Positions 1 to 11,018 of a stretch of 64,000 bases of DNA are shown in pieces. The number at the start of each line of letters is the position of its first letter. Position 1 is the stretch's first letter. This DNA comes from Zygnema circumcarinatum SAG 698-1b. Its lineage: Eukaryota > Plantae > Zygnematophyceae. Made by a program: the position numbers and the translations under genes. The DNA lies in contig CM074807.1 of assembly GCA_037447605.1 (NCBI GenBank), positions 1,922,001 through 1,986,000 on the forward strand, given 5' to 3'. Under the pieces are notes generated by a model. The model did not search any database. It worked only from the letters and a program-made list of their open reading frames with translations, and had not been told where the DNA came from.

Positions 1-570
1 ACCCCTTCATTTTTTAATAATAACTGAACTGTGCACTGAAGATCCTTGTCATCAAGAGGCCAAGATGAGTTGGTACTTTACTCCGAATAGCCACCATTTT
101 TCAAAACATACGAACGTTCAAGTCAATTCAATTCATCCCCTGTTGCATCACCAACAACCCGAGTAGAAACCGCAGAGAAGGAACAGCGGCTTGGAGTCCC
201 GGTTTTTGGCTTTGGTCCCTGTTTGACGTGGACTACTCGATCACTCTTCGTGTCTCCTAAAGTAATTCGCCAGATAAAACTCTTCAGTCATTCTAAAGAC
301 TCCCTCGTTCCTCATTCACAACTATCCAGATAACTCCCATCCACATAACAAAGTTAACAAGAAGTTCTAAAGGGACCATGCCATTCAGAGAGGTTTTCAC
401 TCCATACCAACCAGAACACCGAGAGAGTTTGAAGGGTAAAGGTACAGCGATTTGATTGAAACGCAGGGGCTATGACACACAGGACACAACGAACTTAGAG
501 TCAAGTGTAAAATCGCAAATAGTTGAGAAGGATGCCACCATGGAGTTAGCCACGTCATTAAACAGCTTAC

Positions 571-3500
571 CTGCATTACCCTGTGGCGAAAAGTCCGGCG
601 CATTTACACGCATGCCACTGGAACCGTACATGAACGTGTTTGCCCCAGCTACGCCATAAGTGCTCCCGCCTCCACCACTTGGTCCATAAAGGATGCCGCT
701 TCCAGCTGCATTCCAACTGCCGCCCGGGGCCACAGAACTTCCTCCAGGACCCTCCCGCAGCGGTTGCTGGCTACCAGCTGCCCCTGAACCAGTGGCAACC
801 TGGGTCTGTCTACCTGTAGTCTGTGCTACTGTGGGTTGTTGAATTCCTCCGGACACCTGACCAGGACCATTTTGCTTTTGATTTGCAGCCTCTCTCCCGC
901 CAACAGTAGAGATATTTCTAACTGCTGTACCACTACTTGCCTTTTCTGTTTCCCGTTGTGAAACAAGTCCAACAGCAGGAACAGGCGCACCTGCCTCCAC
1001 GCCACTCAGATTACTACTTCCTCGCTCCGAATTAACAGAGTTTTCAGCCTTCCCACTATCGATGCTCCCTTCGCCAACATGTTCAGGTGGCCCGCGCCCC
1101 GTATCCCCTCCTACAAACATACCAGCCCTGCCCCGTCTGATTCCTCTTGCACCTCCTTGATACCCCCGTCCTACCTCACCGGACCCTACATATGAACCCC
1201 TCCCCCCACCTCTACTTGTATTCATTCTTCCACCGTGAGCCTGCCTCCCTCTTCCCACACCTCTTCCAGCATCGCTTGAGCTTCTCCCAGCCGAATCAGC
1301 AGCATAAGTTCTGTTATCCAGCTGAGGTGACTGTCCTTTTTGAGCGACCGCTACCCTAAGGTAAGAGCGGCCATGGCCTCTCCCAGCATTGCTTGCAAGA
1401 TACTCGCCAGTCCCAGGAAGAGGTGGCGGTTGTGCAGATATTCCTTCCCCATTCGTGTTGTCCTCACTGGGCCAAGCAAAAGTTACACACTGGTAAGTGC
1501 TATTACATGAAGGTTCACAACCCATCGATCACACACCACGACAACGACGACGTGGAACACCTAGTGGGACGTCTACTATACCGGATGTGAAGACTTCGTC
1601 ACACCTCACTCAATTATTTTTCAACACTCTGGTGTTTGAAATTGCCTACTCCGGGCTGGCTTCTTCACAGCATCCTAAGTTTCAAAACAATGCTTGCAAG
1701 GCTGCGTTCCATTACCGTCTACTATCTTTATCCAGAGCATCTGCCTGCGAACGCAGATTTTGCATGCCTTATGGCTTTACATTCAACTTTACAAATGCAG
1801 ACACTCTGTTCACTGCACTAGAAGGTGCTGAATGTAATCAGAAAACACTCCATGATTACCCTGCAAGTCCATAACATGTATAATGGACTTTATTCAACCT
1901 TACATTTCAGACTCCGAGACAAAAACGTAAAGCCACAAAAAACGTGAGTGCCATACTCCATGGAATCAGCTGCCCTATTTGTCAGACATGTTATCCAACC
2001 ATGAAGCCAGCGATGAGGTAATGTCTCACGTACTTTGATGGCAGAGGTTCATTCTCATCATCTCTGAATGCACGCATTCGACCACGACCCCTCATTCCAG
2101 ATCCTCCACGACCTCTACTGCCTGGCTTGGTAAAGGCAGCATCCCAAAGGCTCAGATTTTCTCTTTCCTCTCCATAGTGCATTCGTCCTCCTCTTCTTCC
2201 TCCCCTATGATCGTCAGAACCCCTCTGCTTGCAAAGACAAGTTTCAATATTTACGATTTTCGTCATTCTACGACTTGAATGACAAAGCAAGCTGTCAATA
2301 TTTGTTTTAAATGAAAGATAAATGAATTTATTGTGTGAGAAATCACCTGCTTGCTACCAGCCATGATCCACCTGATTCTACGTTCTGATTCTACGAAAAA
2401 ATAACATCTAATGGAACAAAACGGCAGTAAAAAGTATAAGGAACTGAAGAAGCATTTCTAAAAGTCTACCTAGGTTAAAAAAGGATATAAAATAGCTTAC
2501 TCGTGGTGTGCCTTCATCTTCTCGAAGGTTTAGCTCCTCGAACAAATCATGCACCCATGGCTTGTCATTTCTTGACTCCCACAACTTCCTGCCACCTCTT
2601 CCTCCCCTGAAACAAAATACTCCCCAGCCACTCTCAGTAAGTTGCAAACGTCGTGAGACCAGAATTCCGAAAGCTGGAAATCTAAGATGGTTGGCAACTT
2701 CACCCAAACTTTAGACTACACCATTGACCTGCTTCAGGCGGGGTTCATGCTTTCCAAAAAGGTAAAAATAACTAGTCCCATTCCAAATCCTCGTGCTGTC
2801 AGAACGTAAAGAGGTGTTGCCACAAAACCATGTTGTCTCCGGCTACCTACAAATTGAAAACTCTATACAAAGTAAACAAATATTATGTAGTGCAAGTAAC
2901 GAAAGTAAGAAACTGCATTAAGGCCTCCCAGCTGTCGGCGCTGAAAATTGTAAGCAGCCTTCTAATTCACATCATTAATGTTCACAGGGCTTGAGGTGAA
3001 ACCAAATTAAACCGCAGCGACATGATTTTATGTCCCATTAAAGCCATTGGAGGCACGAAGAACGCGAAGCAATGTGCAATACCAGGGTGAAATGCAAGGA
3101 GTACCTGGGCCTGCTACCTCCACTCTCGTTAAAACGATCATCATGCATGTAGAATGCGCCTGAGGTCGGCACAACAAAAGGTTCTGCCGCCTTCTTTTCT
3201 TCCTGATCCCCCCCTGCGCCCTCCTCAGCCTCCCCTGCCTCTCCCAGTCCTCTGCCTTCCACAGTCTCTCCATCTTCACCTTCCCCTTCCCTTGCAATTA
3301 CCGGCGACACTTCGTTGCCTTCCTCTTCAGCCTTACCTTCCCCTTCAACAAGCTCGCCACTGACGTCTTCTTCCAATTCCATGCCTCCTTCACCATCAAC
3401 GCCAATCTCTCCGCCCTTCCTCCTTCTCCACGTCAAATCTGCTCTTCCTTCGTCATCTTCTTCCTCAGGGGAGGCTCCAATATGATCCTCATTATCTGAA

Positions 3501-3808
3501 TAGAGGATCACGCTATCACTGTCTCGCACTTGCTCTTTCTCTGTACCCTCTTCGTCATCACTACCCTCACCCCTCCTCCTCCCAAGCACAGCAGAATCGT
3601 CGCTTTCACTCTCATATTGCTCATCTTCAGACGCATTCTGCACTGCAAGACTACTACCGTGAACTCCCTCGTCCGCAAGAGTCGACTTCAAGTCACCGCC
3701 ACCACGCTCCTCGTTTTCTCGTCGGCTCTGCTGCTCCTGCTCCTGATGATGATGCTGCTGCAACCTCCCTGCCTCCTCCCCTTCCTCGCCCTTCCCCGCA
3801 TCCGCCAT
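571..3808 (-). CDS. CASC3: CASC3/Barentsz (MLN51) exon-junction-complex protein with Btz/SELOR domain; spliced, 3' end unresolved (probably continues toward or past the left edge)
   Basis: ATG at 3808 in GAGCCATGG context. Exons 3105-3808, 2501-2606 and 2034-2224 join in phase, and a large exon spans ~571-1466; small exons between 1467 and 2033 could not be resolved. An acidic N-terminus is followed by the Btz motifs FVVPTSGAFYMHDDRF and LWESRNDKPWVHDLFEEL, then RGG/Gly-rich tracts. Confidence 0.85.
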
Positions 3809-3940
3809 GGCTCGCTCCTCCTCACCCTCCTCTCTCCCACAGCCGTCAGAGCTCCGCCTCCTCCCCCTTCAGGCCGTGGCCTCGCCAAGGGGAGGGAGCA
3901 AGCGAGGGCGGAGCGCTCGCTGTCTCCGACACGTGCTCTG

Positions 3941-4022
3941 CCGTACGCTACCTCTTTGAAGGTACGGTCCGTACACATTGCGTACGGCTGATAGCCCCAC
4001 TCCGTACAGTCGGACGGTACGG
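3941..4022. promoter_or_regulatory. Cluster of six CCGTAC/GTACGG hexamers upstream of CASC3
   Basis: Hits at 3941, 3962, 3969, 3982, 4002 and 4017, 133-214 bp upstream of the ATG. A G-box CACGTG lies at 3930. Confidence 0.55.
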
Positions 4023-4276
4023 CGATCAACATCGTTGTTGGAGTTCAAGAGGTCCTCATGGTGCCATGTTGTAATGGGCTTCAGCCTTTTGCAATAACGA
4101 GGCACATCCACGGCTCAACATGCACCGGACTTTGCTTATTGGGATATTGAAATAAAAAAGAAAAGAATGAGGTAACATTCCTCAGAGGAGATTCCTTCGA
4201 CTGACTTGTGGCCTGTCCTAATCCTTTGATTAAATTAAAAAAAAAGGGCTTCCGGGTGCAAAGCTCAGGCTCAGCC

Positions 4277-7200
4277 TCAACCCAAAATGAATCGCTCGAT
4301 CGCTTCTGCAACTCCATCCTCATCGTTGCTCTTGACGATGGCGTCAGCGACCGCTAAAGTTTTCGGAGATCCATTCGCCATTGCAACGCCCCAGCCCGCC
4401 ATCTGAATCATTTCCAAATCATTTTCACCGTCTCCTATGGCCATGATCTGCATCCATGGCAAAACACGCACGCAACATCACGCATGGAAACATTGCACAC
4501 CCCAGCTGATGCCCCAACCAAATTAGAGTGCAGATAATAATGCAAACCATGATTTAGACTACAGACTAGATCAACTAATTGAAAAGTGGGGATGTGAAAG
4601 CTTATACAACAAGAGCAAAACGAAAAAGCACTCACCTCTTCCACTGGCACTTTGAGGTGATCCAGGAGAATCTTCACTCCAGCACCCTTAGAGGCTCCAT
4701 GTGGAAGAATTTCAAGCATGTCTGCCACCGCCTGCGTCACAGAGGCTCGTCCCTCGACAGCCTGAGACCAGTGAGGGCGGATGAACTGGTTGATCCCATC
4801 AACAGTGTCATAAAAGAGGAGTTTCTGCATCACAGGATGCGAAGAACGGTGAGAGAGAATCGCTTTCACACCTGTGCTGCAAAGTGCAATAGACTTTTGT
4901 AGAAAAATAGATTATCTGCTCAATACAACACTCAGGTAGGCTAGCAAGAACTGAAGACAGCCAATAGAGACCCTTTTGATTCCTCCAAGGAGCCTCGAGT
5001 AATGACGGGTTAACAGGTGCAGTACAAGGCTGTCTGTGCCCCAGCCTTTCAACGGTTGCAAAAGCGATATGGAAAGAAGTACAGGACTACCTAATGGGAA
5101 GTGGGGTTGGCCCGCAGTTCTACTTGGTGCATTACCTGGCATGAAGCCTCCTTAATCAGCTGCTCGAAGGAAGACATGACTTCTGCCTGCGCTTCCAGCA
5201 AACGCCACAGACCAACTGAGAAATGCTATACCAGCTACTCAATGGCTCACATTATGAAGGGGGAGAATTAAGAGCTGTCCCTTAGAGGGAGTCTGCAACT
5301 GCAGGCCGTGCAACACAAAGTGAGTATGGACCACATAATGATAACAGGTAGTGACCTTCAGCCCAAGCAAGCCAAATCAGTTAGATTCCAAATCTCACCC
5401 GTGGCTCATAGTACACGGAATGCAGCCTCTCCACCAGTGGATGGTCCAGCAGGGTCACGCAACGATCCCCGCTGAAACCGATCAGCGCCAGCTGATGCTG
5501 CAGGGAGAATGCAAACCCCTGCCGCCCAATGCAGACATTTCTGGTCAAACTGCTGCCAGTTTTTATAGATTCAGCAGTTTCCAGCCAAACCTTCCATATG
5601 ATGGCAAGCACCTTTCACACAGATTATAGGATGTGGAAAGAAGACGCTCCTCTGAAAACGATTCTTAAACATGAGGGTCGAGCAAACCTGTCAATATATC
5701 TGACATCAGCATGCCAAGGTGGGAACTCCATTGAAACACTTAAAGCAAGAATACCAGCAAAATTGTCCTTTGAACCACCCACGATTTTTCCTTGTTCAGA
5801 AAACTAGCGTCCAAGGGGACTATAGAGCGAGAGAGAGGGGTTAAGGTAAGCATTGAAGTAAAGATCGACACGCCATGCATCATCATCCGGAGATATTGTA
5901 TAAGTTCAGGAAGTCAGGGTCAGGAGGTGTGAGGGACAAAGGACATCGTGTTTAGGGATGTACCAGATTGTCTTTTTAATTGGCTGTGAATTTTCTTATC
6001 TTGCAAGCGCTTAGTTCACAATCTACCAGCTATAGAATCAAAGTGGTGTGCCATTTGTAACGTAGGTGAGAAGGAAGACTTTGGTTGCAGTGGGATACAC
6101 TATGCTTAGAATGTGATCTGGAAGATGAAATGAACACAAAGTAGCAGCCTTTTATTTCTTTTGGATACGGAATAGTATTGGGCTCCTATAGCAACACAAA
6201 GTCTGAAAGTGCATTGCTCAAAATATCAGGAATGTTTTAACGAAGAACGAATGATGCTCTCGCTAACAAATCATGAGGCATACGATCAAGGGCAAGCCTC
6301 GAACGAGCTCATAGGTTCGATGTAATGGACATGGCGTAACTTCATGGCTGAAGCAATTGTGGAAAAAAATAGGTCAATAGATTGACGAGCATGCTATTGA
6401 TGAAATTCATCAAGAGACAGCATCCTTGTCCTCCCCACAAGGAGAAGTTCTTAGCATACAGACACTACGGGATCAGCAAAAAAATTCTCTTGGAACTCTA
6501 TAAGTAGCACAAGGCCCTGCCCTATGGCTATCCATTCCATGTTCATCGTTGTCCAAAAGGAATGACAAGTATGAACATCCGAAGCGCCTGTTACTTGCTT
6601 CTACAAATGCACAGTCTCTTCAGACTTGCAGTGTAGGGTTCTCTGATGCCTTGCTACTCCAGCTGGCAGCCATGCTCCAGCGATAACGCAGATGGCTTCC
6701 TAAATTCGATATACAGCCTCTAAAAGCCAGATCCCTTTCTCCAATCATGCCAGCTAAACAACTCGTGTTTATAGCACGCAGCAGCAAGTAACTGCAGCTC
6801 CCTCACTCAAGATCAGCCATACATCCAAATCCTTTGCTATGCTGGCAGGGCCGCACCTCACGGCAAACATCAAGTGGCAACTCCGCGCTGTGCACCACGG
6901 TCCCTCCTTTGCCGTACACTCGCAAACCCTGTAGTTTTCATGCAAGCCGGCAAGGTTCAGAGGGCAATAGTCTGACAGCATGTCTGAGCTGCCGACAATG
7001 TCCTTATTTTCCACCTTGCTGCATATAGATAATGACATCGCATGCTTTGCGAAAAATGCTGAGACAACTCAACTGTCAACCAACTACAAGCAACCATGCC
7101 CATTTCACTTCGACCATCTAGTCTCCTATAAGGAGCAGCGGCTTGGAGTAGGAACATTCCCTGGATAACATTCTATAAGGCAATCGCGTTTGATGGAAGC

Positions 7201-10200
7201 TGGCAGCACTGTGAACAAGTGTTTAACTTTGGGAACTGAAAAAAAGCAGCAGCATCAGAATGCTAGAAAAAAAAGGTCCAGACATGGCCCACCTGTAGGA
7301 ACACACCAGGGGAAGATAACGAGACAACTCCCAGATCTCCTGTCAGACCCACCGAGCCTAAAGCAGCCATAGCTGCTGGCCGAGCCTGCTCCATCACATG
7401 TCCAGAAGCAGAGCAATCACTTCAAGCCCGCGCTTCGGTCCTGAAGATGCCCTGCCCTCATCGGAGAATTGCAACGTAGTAAAAAAAAATTGAACTGCAA
7501 GGAAGCCGGTGTCCACCTTCCCTGTCGCAATGACAATGGCTACTCCGCGGTCCTTGGCAGCTCTCAAGGCCTCTGCCGTGGCTTGTGTGATTTTGCTCTG
7601 GCCATTCAACAAAGTGCCTGGGAAAAGAGTGCTATATGTCAAACACGGATTGGACAACTCTGAAATGATGACCTTTAAGCCAGTTACGCTACCAAATAGC
7701 AAAAATCAGCAATCTGGAGAGTGTCAACTTCGCATATGCACCTGCGATAAGATAGTTAAGAGCCTCCGCCCATGCATTAAGCGGTCCAGTGTAAACTTCA
7801 TTTTACTCATTGAGTGCTACGCACCATCCATGTCGCAGAACAGATAACGAAAGGTTGGCTGTCTGGTTCGTCTAGATGGGAGCACTGTGGAAGCAGCACC
7901 GAAAGACATTCCTGGAGCCCCTGTGAATGGTGGCTCTGAGGCCCTCACCCCCTTATCAGCTCACTCAGTTATGCCTGCACTACCACCCACAACATGATTC
8001 ACACGACGGCCACTTCATTTTCTATTTTCCACAACTGGTTTTCGGTTACACATCTTGCTGCCATCAAGAGTAGAGTACGTCAGAGATTAACCCGTTCATG
8101 CTTGGGACAAAAGTTCAACAAAGGAATTACTACACAACAAGGAAGAATAAAATCGCGTAATGATACATAAGCGTCAGGAAGAGATTGGCAATCAATGGTT
8201 TGACTCCGGGAATGTGTCTGAGCAGGTTCTCTTTTTGGACAAATCCACTCAAATAACATAAGCAAGCGTCGATGAACATCTTTCCTAGCTCGTCTTAGAG
8301 GCCTTGCAAACCACACGCAAATTTTTGTTCACAAGTCGCTGTTTCCAACATTGGATCTCTTTCTCGCCGTCATCTTCTGAGGGCATGGATTTGAAAGACA
8401 ACTTTACAGCTCGCTTGTAATATTCATTCCATCAATAAAACGTGCAGAGGTTTACTTACCTCCATCAGAATCTCCTGAAGAATCATCGCCTTCTGAACTT
8501 GCCACACTTTTGATAAGACCTTGTCCTTCCCACCCAAGGGTTGTCAATATACGCTGCTCCTCTTCCGCCATCTCTGCTTCCGCTTCAGCACTTTCCTCAT
8601 GATCATAACCAAGGACATGCAGAAGCCCATGCACCTGCAATCTCAATTCAAGCTGAGAATAATCAGAGAAGCTATTCTATACGACGGATCCCCTAAAAGC
8701 CCAGCCTCCTGCTATTCTGCCAGAAGTCCGTGCGCTGCAATTCCTCTCCGGGCAAAGGCAGCTGGCAAAGTCACTTTGTACAAATTGCAAAAATATCACC
8801 CTACGGAATATGCAGTTATGATGAGCAGGAATGATGCTCCTCACCAGAAGAATCCGCAGCTCAACAAGCAAAGAATGCCCCCTCTCCTTGGCTTGCCTGT
8901 CGGCTGTATCCAGCGAGATGACAATGTCTCCCAGCAGAAGCTGCACAACACGTACAACAAGAAAACCTCTCAATTTGAAACTAGCAACGCAAGTCCCAGT
9001 CTCTGCAGTGGAAGTTAACAAATCCAACCCAATCTCATATTTATCAGTGTAGCAAAACGATAAAAACTGCAAAGCTCACGTCCTAGGATAATTCTATATC
9101 TTGAGGTAGGCTACCAAACATAGTCACAATCGTCATGGCACCATGTTGATCAAGATAAAAACTAGTGATGTTCTCTATTGCATTTTGTTTCCAATAGGAA
9201 GTGTCAAGCTTTGGCGTTGCGCTTCAGGTTTTATTTCAAAAACAATACTTTTGGATCCCGAGCTTATCACCTATTTCGCACGAATACATATTCTCGTTCC
9301 AAATTCTATCCTTTCAGGAATTTTCAAAGATTGACACGCCCTAATGGCTAGGTTCCTCCTCAGCTCTTTCGTTGAGCCGTCCAGGACGCTCTTAGAATCC
9401 ATCTAGGCCAAGCCCAGCGCCTCCGACTGGTCCAGTGCAGAAGCTTTGCATCTCTTTCAAATCCCTTTCCTCTCCATTTGAATTAAAAATAGGGTTAACT
9501 TATTCAGGAAAAATGGGATCGCTGATTAAAAATGACAGGTATCCATCTGTGTTCGCTGTGAAGTTTAACTGCAGTTTTTCTTCAAACCTGTGAAGTCGTG
9601 AGCCGAGTTGGCATGAGCCGTACATGCTCACCTGCGGAGCTGTATGGGCTGTATGGGCTCACCGTGGGATTCAATCCAGGCGGCTGCTGCTGTGGAAAAG
9701 AAAGAACGTCTGTTGGCGCATCTTTGCCAAGCCATTCTTTGTTCAGGTTCCTAATGTACTCGTCCCCACAAAGAAGCACTGCCAGCTCGACACTTTCCGC
9801 GCTGTCCAACTCCTCCATTCCATCAGTTGCTGCTTGTAGAGCCTGACGACTGTCAATTTTCATTCGTTCAATAAGCTCCTGCAGTTGTATGCCATAATAA
9901 GAAAAGCTGGAAAATGCCAAGCATAAAAATGACCAGTAGCAGCTTGTACGAACCTGATGAGAGTTTACCTGCAAGTCTGCTGAGTTCGGGCACGACTCCT
10001 CCAGCAAAATGTCCACATCATACGCTACATCTGCATCGGTGGCACTGCTGCCGACGCAGCGTGCAGTGGACAACTGCACGCCATTCAGCAGCTGACGGGC
10101 GGCCGAATGGCGCGCCCTATCTAGCCCGCGAACAGCTGTTGTCCGACTCTGCTTCTCCGCACGAGCAAGCACCCGGAGCTCCTGCAGCCGGGAACGCGAA

Positions 10201-10310
10201 GGAGACACAGGAGGGCCTGCAGCGGCGCGGCGGGCAGGAGGAGAGGTGCCCTCGAGGAGGCAGCGCGCGGCGCCCCGAGCGACGGAGGCCCATCGCAGCA
10301 GCGCAGCCAT
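4277..10310 (-). CDS. YBEY: Organellar (probably plastid) endoribonuclease YbeY fused to a C-terminal Cof-type HAD hydrolase; 12 exons
   Basis: Phase-consistent GT-AG exons: 9969-10310, 9663-9878, 8845-8940, 8460-8634, 7825-7920 (acceptor could be ~7938), 7517-7617, 7293-7385, 6857-6928, 5399-5518, 5136-5186, 4636-4824, 4277-4447. YbeY motifs TDVLSF, GDIVISLDTA and the metal-binding HGLLHVLGYDH. HAD motifs FCDMDGTLL, IATGK, ASKG and GDGENDLEM. The Arg/Ala/Ser-rich N-terminus resembles a transit peptide. Confidence 0.95.
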
Positions 10311-10782
10311 GGATGGCGCCTGCCTCCCTCTCTCCCTCCTGCCGCCCGCTGTCCTCCAGGTCCAGGAGGGGTCCCTGTGTTCGCCAAGACGCCAACACGG
10401 CCTGAGGCTGCGGTAAGCCTCCGTACGGCAAGTCAACTCCGTACGGTAAAAAGTGTATTTGACATACAGTACGTGGACCATCGGACGGCTCTTGTGAGGA
10501 AACTGGTGAAACCACGAGCAAATCGGCCGGCGCAGGTGCGCGGTCATGCCATGGGATGCCATGCGCCCTCGTGCGCCATGTCCATGTGGCGTAGCGCAGG
10601 GCGGGGCAGAGCAGGTGGGCAGGCATGCTGCAAGCTTGCAAGGCGCTTCCTTCCTCCCTTCTTCCTTCCTCCCTTCTTCCTTCCACCGCTTGGTTGGGGG
10701 AAAGGCTGGCGCCCTCGCCGTGCAGGCCTGCAGGCTGCATTGCAGGCCGCGGCAGATGATGCTGCGCAGGACATAACATGAC
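10311..10782. promoter_or_regulatory. Bidirectional promoter region between YBEY (-) and the CCR4-like gene (+)
   Basis: Divergent starts at 10310 and 10783/11019. The region is GC-rich, with CCGTACGG twice, a CT-rich tandem at 10646-10684 and two 12-bp palindromes. Confidence 0.65.
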
Positions 10783-11018
10783 ATGCCTCTCGCAGGCGCC
10801 CGCGCCTTCTTCTGCGCAGCGGCGGGACCGCTCGCCGCGCGCCTATCTGCCAGCCGCACGCCTCTGCGCGCGCTGGTGCCTCCGCCGTTCAGAAGCCTGG
10901 CGCGCTCGGCTGGCCATCATTCTTTGTCAGCGGTTCTTGCTGCATCGTGTATTTCTGTTTTTTTTTGGCTACTTCCGCTGGGGTTACGGGTACTCCTGAC
11001 ATTCCTCAATGTTGGCAG

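Noticed and set aside
3038-4032. Plus- and minus-strand shadow ORFs over CASC3 exon 1, and similar ones over LETM1, VPS54 and the kinase
   Set aside because: They are antisense or alternative-frame translations of real coding exons.
5790-5890. Possible intronic C/D snoRNA in YBEY (ATGATGA...CTGA on the minus strand)
   Set aside because: There is no terminal stem or recognisable rRNA-antisense element, and such short boxes occur by chance.
9582-10859. 425-aa minus-strand ORF as a single protein
   Set aside because: It fuses promoter sequence, YBEY exon 1, an intron without stops and exon 2. The real start is ATG 10310.
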